DNA of 64,000 nt from Histomonas meleagridis 2922-C6/04-290x (lineage: Eukaryota; Protista; Parabasalia), in contig JAANOX010000142.1 of NCBI GenBank assembly GCA_020184695.1, positions 186,001 to 250,000 of the forward strand, read 5' to 3'. Shown one piece after another: positions 31,657-42,560 of the stretch (its first letter is position 1; each line of letters opens with the position of its first letter). A program made the position numbers and the translations under genes. The notes beneath the pieces are model-generated. The model saw only the letters and a program-made list of their open reading frames with translations. It had not been told where the DNA came from and ran no database searches.

Positions 31657-33786
31657 TTAAATCTCTATGTAATTGATCTCTCCGTCGCTTCCAACTTCAA
31701 AGAATGACTTCTCAATGAGTGAATTCAGACACATTTCGAAATCTTCTTTTGTCACATCAAATTGAGATGAATTTTTCAGCTCAACTAATAGCTTTTCTTT
31801 GTTGGATGACCTTAGTCTCTTCATTATCATGACTAGTGCGGCCTCGATCTTCATTTTTCGAATTGCAAATATTTCATCAATTGTTTGCTTTTTCATTTTT
31901 TTAGGTGATAAAAATGAAGGAACTGGCAATACAATATTTCCTTCATTTTCATTTTCTGTTATTTCGTATTGATTATTTTCTTTTTTGATGATTCCTTTCT
32001 GAAGGAGGACGTTTATGGCGGCCGTTACGCTATCGGCGTTTATACCGGTTTCTTCTATTAACGTTCCCTTTACAATTGATTCAATTATCAAATAATAAAC
32101 GGTCGACCCGGTGATAACGGTTTTGTTCAAAACGAATGTACAAGAAGACAAAACGTCCATCCATTCCAATGTTCTCCTTTTGTAATGCTCCTTATAGAAA
32201 GTTACAAACTGAGACTGCGAGTCTAGAATTTCTAATGGGATTCTAAGTCTCTCTTTTTGATATCTGGGCCAATTCTCCTCAGAAATAAGAACAAATCTAA
32301 TTTGAAAGCTAGCAGAAGCGGTGAACTCTGAATTAACAACTTTTGTATGGTCGAAATCATTGATCATCCCGACCATCGATTTTACATCTTCTTCACCACA
32401 AATCATTTGGAGCTTCTCTATGAAGTCTGTCTCGACAGAAGGAACATCTTCGTAGTTAAGAAGCCTCATACCTAAGAATTGCTTATAATGTTCAACAAAT
32501 ACATCCATCGATTCAAATTGTCGAAACAGAAGAATGATCGAATCAATCATTTTATCGAATTCTTCGGAGTTTTCGATAATGTTAACGTGGCAGAACTTTG
32601 CAAGGAGAAATGCGATTCGAAGTGATGCCTTATTAATGGAATGTTTGAACTCTTTTTCAACATCTTTCGAATCAACATTTGGTTTGCAGACTACAATAGA
32701 GTGATGAATTTGAAGGAGTTCTTTTATCACATTGATACTTTTAAGTGAAAGTGCATTTGCGCATTGATTAGAAACTTCTTTTGTCCAAACATCATCAAAA
32801 CATTGATATAATTCTGTGTCTTCTGCTATCGAAATTAAATTCGAAAGAAGTTCAAGACATTTGAAATCTTTTAATTCATAAATTTTTGTTATTGTATTTA
32901 CCATTATATTTTGGATCTTTTTAACATATAAACACTCATATACATGGTGCATATAGGACTTACGTATATCTATAGGGAACTTTTCGATTATTTTTTCTTC
33001 TTGAGTCACTACACGTTTAATTGCTTTCAAAAATTCAATTTGATCTGCATCGTCGATGTTGAAATTTGAATAAAATTCTTCGGTTTGACGATTTAATTCT
33101 GATGTGAAATTTCCTTCGATTTCAAATGAAGAAATTATTTCGATTGTTTGGTTGATGTACATTTCTTGTGGTGGAATTGTGTCATTGCCTTCGACTTCGA
33201 TTTTCCTTTGGTTTGTAATGCATCCAGCAAGCGTTTTACAAATTTCATCAATTAATTGTTGTTTTTGATGAAGTTTTTGTTTGAGGAAATAGATAACTAC
33301 ACCTTTAATTGTCTTTGGTGACATAAAGCTCCTTTCAAATACTGTAAATATAGATGATATTAAGGTAATTACTCTTTGGATTTCACACCATGAAGAAATT
33401 ATTGAATCGATGTCGCTTTTGGATTCAATATTTTCAATCATTTGCTTAGAAAAAAGATCTAGCTTTTCCGTAAGTTTTGCATTGATCTTTTCTGTGTTTT
33501 CTGCTTTTTTGTTTAATCTTTCAACACTTCTGAATGCAGGTTCAAAATTAGCTTGACTCGAATTAGAAATAACAGACGTAATACATGAATTGATTATTGA
33601 CCATTGAGAATCAAAATCCTCTTCTGACGATGGTGTAGGAACGCTAACCTTATTTACAATTACTTTTGTTGGTCTCAAAGGTCTCCTTGATTTGACGCCT
33701 GATACTTTTGATGTTTTTATCTCGACTTTAGAAGATTCGAGTGTTATTCTGTTCAGAATTTGGCTCATGGCGCCATCTTGAGACAT
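31657..33786 (-). CDS. Cullin-family protein
   Basis: Cullin homology region (FVEHYKQFLGMRLL, WPRY, FYKEHYKRRTLEW) and neddylation segment IEAALVMIMK. Confidence 0.88.
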   Translation of the reverse strand: MSQDGAMSQILNRITLESSKVEIKTSKVSGVKSRRPLRPTKVIVNKVSVPTPSSEEDFDSQWSIINSCITSVISNSSQANFEPAFRSVERLNKKAENTEKINAKLTEKLDLFSKQMIENIESKSDIDSIISSWCEIQRVITLISSIFTVFERSFMSPKTIKGVVIYFLKQKLHQKQQLIDEICKTLAGCITNQRKIEVEGNDTIPPQEMYINQTIEIISSFEIEGNFTSELNRQTEEFYSNFNIDDADQIEFLKAIKRVVTQEEKIIEKFPIDIRKSYMHHVYECLYVKKIQNIMVNTITKIYELKDFKCLELLSNLISIAEDTELYQCFDDVWTKEVSNQCANALSLKSINVIKELLQIHHSIVVCKPNVDSKDVEKEFKHSINKASLRIAFLLAKFCHVNIIENSEEFDKMIDSIILLFRQFESMDVFVEHYKQFLGMRLLNYEDVPSVETDFIEKLQMICGEEDVKSMVGMINDFDHTKVVNSEFTASASFQIRFVLISEENWPRYQKERLRIPLEILDSQSQFVTFYKEHYKRRTLEWMDVLSSCTFVLNKTVITGSTVYYLIIESIVKGTLIEETGINADSVTAAINVLLQKGIIKKENNQYEITENENEGNIVLPVPSFLSPKKMKKQTIDEIFAIRKMKIEAALVMIMKRLRSSNKEKLLVELKNSSQFDVTKEDFEMCLNSLIEKSFFEVGSDGEINYIEI

Positions 33787-34106
33787 TTTAGAAAAATTTT
33801 ATTATGGGGTGACCCACATAACGTTTATTAATTCAATTGAATTGATTTCAGATAGTGATTTAAAATCTGACAATTTTTTTTGACCGTTAACATATGATCA
33901 TCCTTCAAAATAAAGAACCCAATTAATAATTCAAGAAGTTATTAATAGAAAGAGTAGATTCAAACTTACAAAGAAAAAAATTTCCTGACTTTTTTCTATT
34001 TACACATTATAAATTTGTTAATTAAAGTTAATCAATCTATCATTTCTAAAGCTGCTTTAAATGATAATTTATTCAGTATAAAGTTTAAACTTAATTATAG
34101 GCGAAA

Positions 34107-35522
34107 TTAAAAATATTTACTTAAAAAAAATCCGATTGTTCCAACAATTGCAATACATGTCCCGATTAGTAAAGAAAACCTCATTTTTCTTTCCTCATCA
34201 AAAAGTTGTGTTCTGAAAACATTAAACTTGTTGTGTACTTTCAAATGATAATCGCATGCATTTTTCAATATTTTTGAGGCAGCGCTTACTTTAGACGTCG
34301 CAAACTGTGATTCAATCATCACTTCCTTGAGCATTCCTGTCATTTGAGCAACTTTTTTATCGATTTCAACCAAATCTTTTGCAAGTTTATCACACGTTTT
34401 ATCACATTCATTCGTGTTTTCTACAATACGATTTGTCATCCATTCAACTTTTGTTTTTGGATCAGGAATAACCTCAAGGCTACGATTAATAACATCTGTA
34501 ACTTCTTTTGATAGTGGGTCATCCGAGTCGAACGTTAACTTCCCCAAAGCCGGGAAATAAACGTGCGCTAAATCAAAGTGAATATCTGCCGATTCAAAAA
34601 TTGGCAATTTTTCAGGTATTGGGATGTCACATTTGCTATAAAGTTCTCTAATTGTGCGCCTATCGCAAAACCCTGTTTGTGGAATACAATTGTCTTTCTG
34701 AAATGACAATAAAGAGCTTGAAATATGATCAAAATCATCTGTGTTAGTTATGTTATATCCAAGCTTTGTTAATGTATGACAAACATGTGAGAGTGAACTA
34801 AGAATTACATAAAAATGCGTGTGATTTTTCATTGGAAATGGGATGGAATAGAATAAAAAATCAACTTCTGGTGAGTTTTCTAGATATGGAATTAATGAAC
34901 CAAAGCAAAAAGGTCGATTACTTTTAACAGATTCGAATGCATCAGAAAGTGTATTGATGTTGAAAAACTTAGAAGCAAATTGAAGGCGTTTGTAAAGAAT
35001 AGTTAATGAATTTATTAAATCACCATTCATTTGGTAAATTTGACGGAATTGAAAATTGATTATATTACTCATTGAGTTGATATAAAATGCAGCGGGTGGT
35101 AATTCAGAAACAATGCCTAAGTGATGAAGTGCTGATAGCGAATTATAATCATCTTGAGATATTCCCCAATCACCTGTTTTAACTTTAACAGCGCTACAAT
35201 CTTTGTCTAAATTTTCAAAATACGTGGGTGATATATGAATTATAATTTGTGAGTCATCATACTGAGTTTCTGTGAATCCAAGAGATTGAAAATCTGGTTT
35301 TGTAGTAAAAGTGCATTGATACATGTGAGATTTTTTTCCATCTTTTTTTAGAGCAACAGCATAAAATGGAAATCCAATTTTATCAAGACGATCAAGAAAT
35401 GTATAAATTGAATAGCCTTCAACTTCAACTGGATCTAAGTTATACTGTGTTGCACATTCACATAAAAATTCATTACATTCAACTTGTTCTGGAATTAGAT
35501 AAATTTGCTTGGATGCATCCAT
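34107..35522 (-). CDS. STB6-like N-terminal-domain protein with C-terminal TM helix
   Basis: VEGYSIY and SLLSFQK..IPQTGFCDRRTI resemble the fungal STB6-like family; terminal hydrophobic helix. Confidence 0.5.
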   Translation of the reverse strand: MDASKQIYLIPEQVECNEFLCECATQYNLDPVEVEGYSIYTFLDRLDKIGFPFYAVALKKDGKKSHMYQCTFTTKPDFQSLGFTETQYDDSQIIIHISPTYFENLDKDCSAVKVKTGDWGISQDDYNSLSALHHLGIVSELPPAAFYINSMSNIINFQFRQIYQMNGDLINSLTILYKRLQFASKFFNINTLSDAFESVKSNRPFCFGSLIPYLENSPEVDFLFYSIPFPMKNHTHFYVILSSLSHVCHTLTKLGYNITNTDDFDHISSSLLSFQKDNCIPQTGFCDRRTIRELYSKCDIPIPEKLPIFESADIHFDLAHVYFPALGKLTFDSDDPLSKEVTDVINRSLEVIPDPKTKVEWMTNRIVENTNECDKTCDKLAKDLVEIDKKVAQMTGMLKEVMIESQFATSKVSAASKILKNACDYHLKVHNKFNVFRTQLFDEERKMRFSLLIGTCIAIVGTIGFFLSKYF

Positions 35523-35601
35523 AAAAATCCTTTCGAGAACGTTTTTTTAACGGCTTCAATACCGTTTATTTCTGGGCGTTATATCTAAACGTACAGATTT
35601 T
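35523..35601. promoter_or_regulatory. 79-bp bidirectional promoter with two opposed M3-like motifs
   Basis: TAACGGCT at 35548 (AGCCGTTA on the minus strand) and TACCGTTT at 35560, one per divergent gene. Confidence 0.6.
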
Positions 35602-36387
35602 ATGATTGAAACACCAACATCAAGAATCCCTCATTTTTCAAGACAACAAAGATTAAATGACCAGGAAACTTACCGCTTCAGCTCACCTCAGGTTCGTCAA
35701 CATGTTTCAAAAGATACCTCTCAGATATTATTAAATAAGTTAATAAATGATAATAATCAACTAGAAAATAAATTAAAAAATCTCAGAATCCAATATAAAA
35801 AATTCCAACTAACTACACAACCTCAATCTCACTATTCATCACCACAACTTGTACAAAAGAAAATTGATTTGAAAAATCAATTAACTGTTTTAAATGCCAA
35901 ATCCCAATCATTAGACAAAGACATCATTATACAAAAAGCAAAATTAGAAGATATAACAAAAACAAATAAGAAAATCATTGAAAAAGAAGAACAATTTGCC
36001 TCTTTAACAGCAAATTATCAAGATTTGCAAAAACAAGAGCAAAGTCTTATGAAGAAGAAACAAGAAAAGTTACAAGAAAGGATTGAACAAATAAAGAATA
36101 AAACTAAAGCTCATGTGGATCATATTATACAAGAAAAGATCATTTTGGAAAAAGATATTAAAATATTTCAAAGTTTGAACCTTTCTATACAAACAGAGAA
36201 CATTAATGAGTTGGTCAATTCCACAGACAAAACTTTCTCACCTGAGATTTCTATGAAACTCATCAAAGATTTAAATGAAGCGAAGAAAAAGCTTTATCTT
36301 CTTGAGAACAAATGCATTAATTTTCAGAATTTCGTTGGGCTTCGTGATCCATTAAAATACCAAAAAATTATGTCGCAAAATGCATAA
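35602..36387 (+). CDS. Coiled-coil hypothetical protein (261 aa)
   Basis: Intact ATG ORF, Q/K/E-rich. Confidence 0.8.
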   Translation: MIETPTSRIPHFSRQQRLNDQETYRFSSPQVRQHVSKDTSQILLNKLINDNNQLENKLKNLRIQYKKFQLTTQPQSHYSSPQLVQKKIDLKNQLTVLNAKSQSLDKDIIIQKAKLEDITKTNKKIIEKEEQFASLTANYQDLQKQEQSLMKKKQEKLQERIEQIKNKTKAHVDHIIQEKIILEKDIKIFQSLNLSIQTENINELVNSTDKTFSPEISMKLIKDLNEAKKKLYLLENKCINFQNFVGLRDPLKYQKIMSQNA

Positions 36388-38580
36388 CCCATAATATGTT
36401 ATCTTTAGAAATATCTATTTAAATAAAATTTTGTCTTTTTTTAGTTTAATTAAGTGTTGATACTAATAAGTTTAAATTTGTTTTAATATTATTTTCCAGC
36501 AATTCAAATCGCGCAACTAAAAGGTTATACCATAAGAGAAAATTTCCTTCGCTTTGAATGCCACTTCTTGTCTTTCTGTCAGTAATGAAGATAGTTTTAA
36601 AGATGAACAAAACCAACACAAATTTGAAGAAAACAATATAAAAGAAAATATCAAAACAAAAGCACTCAAACTTATGATAATCATCAAACTCACAAAATTC
36701 AATGTAATTTTACTTTTGATGAAATATACTCATGGAAGTAAATGTAAAAATAATGTTATAAAGTGATTTGTAAAAAATGACAAACAAAATAGTTCATGAC
36801 AACATGACTCTGGATAATTTGCTTTTTTATAATTTTAGTGAAAAATGCTGTGATTATATTCAGCATTTGTATGTGTTCTATAGGTGTTTCTTACTTAATA
36901 ATAACTTAATATTTTAAAATATTAAATTTAATAACATATGTCATATGACTCTTTTAAAGTTTTGGAAAATGAAGTACAATTTCTGGTGTAAATTTTTCTT
37001 TAAAAAAAATGAATTTCATTTTTGTATATTATATTTCTATTATTATTATTATTATTTTTTTTTTTTTTATTTTTTCGTATTTACATTATAATTTATGAAT
37101 TGATTTTGTCTTTCTATACACCATGATCATTTAAAAAAATTCACAACAAATCACGACTATTTGCATCAGGTTTATTTTTTACTCATCCTTATTTTTAATA
37201 AAAAAATTCCAAAAATCTATTCTTGTTGCTCGTAATGTTTATTTTTGGTATCATGACTCAGATATCTTATTAATATTGTATTTAATTTTTTTTACCTACA
37301 CTATCTTTATCTTTGATCCTGTTTTTACAAATTTAACTTTTCTAATGATAAAAAATATTGTTTATTATCAGCTGATAAACTTTTTCATAAACCGATTACA
37401 ACCACGAAGTTTTGAAAGGATAAATGATATTGATTGAAAAGTTTACTTTAAATTTCATTATTTTTTATTTCGGTGATAAAATAAACTACAGAATTTTACT
37501 TTCTTTATCAAAAATTTCTTTTCGAAGAGCCACGGTTATTCAGAATGACAAATGCATCCGATGATGCCTATTCCCGGTTATAATCATTTCATTTCAATGC
37601 AAGGTCTGTACTGTCAAGCTATACCTTGATGCTTTAAGAAATAATTTTTTATTCTCAACATTATTTATTGAATTTTGAATTTGTAATTGAACTTACTTGC
37701 ACATAGCAGTTTTGCTTAGCAAAGAGAAATAGAATTCCTTGTCGCAACCCTTATTTTTCGAAAACCAACTGATACCTAAATATTCATTATTATCATGATC
37801 AAAAAAGAAAAAAAATTATAGAAGAAAAAAAATTTCATGAAATTTACAAGAACTGATCAATCAATGTTATTACCGTTTTATTTATTGAGCAGAGACAAGT
37901 TGATAAAAATTGATAAATTACTAAATTTCGAAATATAAATGTTGTGTCCTTCTTTGCACCTATGAAGGATAAAATTTGTTACTGAACATACCCATGTAAT
38001 GTATATTTTTTGCAAATAATATAATTTGCAATTAAATATTGGGAAAATTTTTACTGAAAACAATATAATTTCCATGCTGACCCTTTTTGTTATGTTTTTT
38101 GTGCCTATGAACAATATTTCTTACTCTTGACTAATTTCATAATAATTATTTTAAAAAAAATTTATTGTAATTATTTCACAATGAAAAATATGTATGTGTG
38201 TATGGAGCAAATCTTTTTGTACAAAAAACATCGAATTTCATGGGAAACCTATTTCTGATGAAAACATAATAAGGTTTCAACCTCGTGTTGGGTTGCCCTA
38301 AAAATCAGTCAGCGATTCCCGGTAATCACCGTAAAATATTTTCATTTTTTACACCCGATGTTGTCAAAGAGGTTTTTCTACAGCCCAGAAAAGTCAAGAT
38401 CACCGTTAAAAATAAACACAATGTTCAGTAAAATTCAATTGAATAGGGGTTTTCTCTCAAAAATTTTTAAGTTTACGACTCAATATTGAGTCAAACGGCT
38501 ATCGTTCTTTCAATTATTTGTGAACGTTTCCGGTGCAAATTCTGATTCCCGGTCAAGAATCATATTTAAGGTTGCATACA

Positions 38581-40491
38581 ATGGAAACATACATAAAAGA
38601 AAAGAAATTTAATGTTCGTCGTATACCATACTTCTTATCTCATTATTTAAATCTTATCTTTTTATTAATTTGTTTATTAGTTGCCTTTATATTAACTAAA
38701 TTCTCAACAGTTCATGAAATCCAATCTAATAATCGTACAGAGCCTTTTACTGAAGAACCATTTTATTTTGTTCAAATGTCTGATACACATTTCACCCAAA
38801 AGAATCCAATAAATGTTGAAAATCTTCAAAAGATCTTTAAAAATATATCTAAAAAAATAGATCCACCACTTGTAATTATTTCAGGAGATATAACTGATGG
38901 TACTGAAAATAGTTCTGAAATACAAAAATATGAAGCAAATCATCAAAATTGGGTTTTATATAATATATCAAGGTATCAATCCGGTCTTATTAAAAAAGGA
39001 AGAGTATTACTTGAATATCCAGGTAACCATGATTATTTTGGTATTTCAGATGATGATTCGCCAATAAATTATTATAAGCAATTCGCTCTTAATAATGAAT
39101 TACGAAATTCTGGAACAAATTATACAATTGAAACAAATGTTGGAAAAATTAATTTCATTTCATTTACAGGATTACATTTCCCTAGTCCAACAGGGCCATT
39201 TGGATCTATTCCAGTATTACTTCAATCAGATGTAGATAAACTTCAAAATAGTTATATGGATGATGCAACAAATATTATAATTTCTCATTTCCCTGTAAAA
39301 TCTTTATGGGATCGACCTGCATCAAATGGAGAAAGTTTTGAATCAATCATTCGAAAATCAGATCTTTATTTAGCAGGACATACACACCCAAAAACATTTA
39401 GTACTTATCATGTAGATGATACATTAACAATTGCTTGTACTTCAACTTGTTATGAACAAACTGCTGGAATTATTACAATTGAAAAAGGTGCAATTGTATA
39501 TAATGAATTTAATCCATTTGATAATAATACTATTGCTATCTCTTATCCTGTACCATTAAAGCAAGTAAGTAAGTATCAAGTGTTTAATGAAAATAATTTT
39601 CCTGTTAGAATAATTGGATTTTCTAAGAAAGAATTAAATTTAACATTAGTAATTGATGGGAAAAAAATTGGTAAAATACCAATGGTTAAATTAATTAAAG
39701 AAAACGTAAAACTTTATTCATTAAATATAACAGTAAAAGATGGAAAACATAAACTTAAAATAGAAGGAGATTCAACCAAAGAAATCGAGTTTTATGTTGG
39801 TCAAAAATCGCCAATTTTTGTAGAAATAATACCAAATGCAAATTCAAAAGATTTTCTTGTTGCTTTTGCATTTGTCTTTTTGATTATTACTATTCTTAAA
39901 TTAATTCCAATGTGGATTCCATTTAAGAAAGAACTTGATGAATTCGAAAATTATATGTTTTATTGTGGAAGTGATTCAATTCCAATTTGCAAGCAAATTT
40001 TTGTTGGTCCACTTTATATATGGAATAGATTAAGGAAAGTTCCAATATATGTTTACATATTTATAATAATATTAGCGTTAGCAATATTAGGTGTACCTTA
40101 TGCTGAAACTAAAATTGAAAGTTATTTAGCAATTGTTTGGTTATGGGGTTATAGTGCTAATGGTGATATATATTTCGATGCACATTCATATGGTATTATG
40201 ATATGTTATTACTTGTTATGGGTTTTACCCGTAATTAATATATGCGGAATTTACTTCGAATCAGTTAAACATTGTTTACTACAGAAAGTGGAATTCGGCA
40301 TAAATTGTTTGGCTATGTTAATAGCTACTGTTGCTTGGGTAATAGTTTGTTTGTTTTATGGTGGCGTCTTTTCAGTGTTCACATCTTTCTTTACATATTT
40401 ACAATTTTTTACATACATATTTTTGATCGCATCTTTTATAATAAATTGGAATAGGACACAAGAACAGATCAAAGAAGAACTGACAGCTTAA
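38581..40491 (+). CDS. Calcineurin-like metallophosphoesterase with C-terminal TM domains (TMEM62-like)
   Basis: SDTH, SGDITDG, GNHD, SHFP and GHTH motifs; N-terminal anchor and about 6 C-terminal TM helices. First ATG is 38581 (the track start is GTG). Confidence 0.85.
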   Translation: METYIKEKKFNVRRIPYFLSHYLNLIFLLICLLVAFILTKFSTVHEIQSNNRTEPFTEEPFYFVQMSDTHFTQKNPINVENLQKIFKNISKKIDPPLVIISGDITDGTENSSEIQKYEANHQNWVLYNISRYQSGLIKKGRVLLEYPGNHDYFGISDDDSPINYYKQFALNNELRNSGTNYTIETNVGKINFISFTGLHFPSPTGPFGSIPVLLQSDVDKLQNSYMDDATNIIISHFPVKSLWDRPASNGESFESIIRKSDLYLAGHTHPKTFSTYHVDDTLTIACTSTCYEQTAGIITIEKGAIVYNEFNPFDNNTIAISYPVPLKQVSKYQVFNENNFPVRIIGFSKKELNLTLVIDGKKIGKIPMVKLIKENVKLYSLNITVKDGKHKLKIEGDSTKEIEFYVGQKSPIFVEIIPNANSKDFLVAFAFVFLIITILKLIPMWIPFKKELDEFENYMFYCGSDSIPICKQIFVGPLYIWNRLRKVPIYVYIFIIILALAILGVPYAETKIESYLAIVWLWGYSANGDIYFDAHSYGIMICYYLLWVLPVINICGIYFESVKHCLLQKVEFGINCLAMLIATVAWVIVCLFYGGVFSVFTSFFTYLQFFTYIFLIASFIINWNRTQEQIKEELTA

Positions 40492-42560
40492 ATATAAAGT
40501 TCTATCTTTCTATATAAATCTATTTTTGATCAAATAAATGAAATATCAAAACAAGAAAAGTTACAATTGTACCAAGTCTAATAATTGTTGAAGAATAAAA
40601 ACAAAATTAATATATCAATTTTTGTTTTAAATAGAGCCATTGAATAAAATCACATTTCAAAACGAATTATATATTTATAAATTTATTTTGTTATCAGATA
40701 TTCATATAAAATATAGAGTATATATTCGTATTATAAAATTTATTTTTTTTTATAAATACGGATATTTATAGTAAAGTAATACCCTAATATAAAAACTATT
40801 AAAAATTTTAATGAGTGTACGAATAAAAATCACTCAATCAACTCGTATCGGAGAAATAAAAAAATCAACATCACTACATATAATGTCAAATGTAATATAT
40901 TTAAAATTTAAAAGCACATGATTAATATGAGATAAAAGGAATTGATAAATGTAACTTAAGCCCGTTATTTAAAAATCATTTGCTAATTAAATTTGTTCAT
41001 ATAGTTAAAGTGGAATTTTTATTATATAAAATTTTACGCCATGTATAATTTTTTTCATATGATATTATTTTGATGCATTACAAAAAATTCCACAATGTTA
41101 TTTTAAAATTTGAAGTACCATTAAATAGAATACAATCAATATTTTGCATTTATATATATTTTATCAAAATTCTTTCATACATTTTAGAGAAATTTTTCAT
41201 TTAATCGACAACAAATTTTCAATATAATGATGTGACATGTGAATTGAAAAATATTATCAAATATCAAAAACATAAAAAAATGATTTAAATAAAATTAATG
41301 ATACTCTTTGTTTAAAAAATCGAAAGAATTTTCATCATTGAATAAAGTTATTCATTAAAATAATGCATTTTAACAAAGAAATGAAATTTTTGTAAATTTT
41401 GATAAAAATAGAAAATAAATTGAATTTACCCAATTTAGAAACAAATATTGAATAATTTTTACTAAAAACAATTATGTTATATATGGGTTGATATATCAAC
41501 AAAAATGAACAAAAGGTTGTGGCAACATGTTTTTATGTGATAATGCAGTTTTTGTGTGCAATATTAACTTTTTGTAAGCAATTGCTTTCAAATATTTGAA
41601 ATAAAAAAATCAAAATATCCAAAAAATAGACGAATGAATCCAATTAAAGTCATGTGATATAGGGTTTAATCACTATGTTTATTAATCTTTTCGAGTTATA
41701 TAAAAATTCCATTGTGGAATTTTTCGCTCACATCACCCGACTATTGATTATTAATCTAATTAATTAGATTGAATAAGTATATCATAAAATTTTTTCAGAA
41801 AAAAATGTATAGTTTGTACCAAGATATTTCAAGAATGGACTTATACAGAAACTATTTTATTGATTACAAATTATTAATCAGGTTAAATAAGTACATCATT
41901 AAGGCATTACGAAAATTATCATATCATTCATTTTTTCAATAAATTCATAAATTCAAGAAAATCAATATTTCATATAATTATTTGGAATAAATAACAAATC
42001 ACGATTCTATGATAAAATATCAATATTTTTATTTTTTAACAAACGAAGAATCATTTAATTTGGCTGTTGACAAATTACAATGATGTAAATAAATAACGTA
42101 TCTTTTCGAGGAAAGGGTAAAATTTTGATAATATTTACTGTCATTCAAATTCACTTCTATCGTCACTTATCGTTGCTTCTATCGTTCTATGTAAATCATG
42201 CAAAAGTCGATTTTTGTCACTTTTTGGAATGAAAGAATAGATTTATCTCGTGCTAATTATGATATTATTCTTAGATTTATATTAATAATAGATGTAATAA
42301 TGTATAAATATTATATATTTATGATATCAAGATCGTAGGATGATCGCTATATACGATGGGTGGAAATCGCAAGTCAAGTTTAATATATAGTATTAATAGA
42401 TACTACTCTTCAATATGGCCATAATGAAAATTCAAATTGCTGTCTGATAATATAATAATAATATATGATAATAAAAGTCTAATCAAAACTGAGCTCGTTT
42501 ATCCTCCAGAGACCGTTAAAACAAGACGTTTAAAAGTGGGTTTTCTCGATTCAAGCCAAA

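Noticed and set aside
37490-37640. Third Tc1-like 5' end (ACGGTTAT followed by a short M-rich ORF)
   Set aside because: No alignable TIR or HTH; similarity is limited to the common promoter motif.
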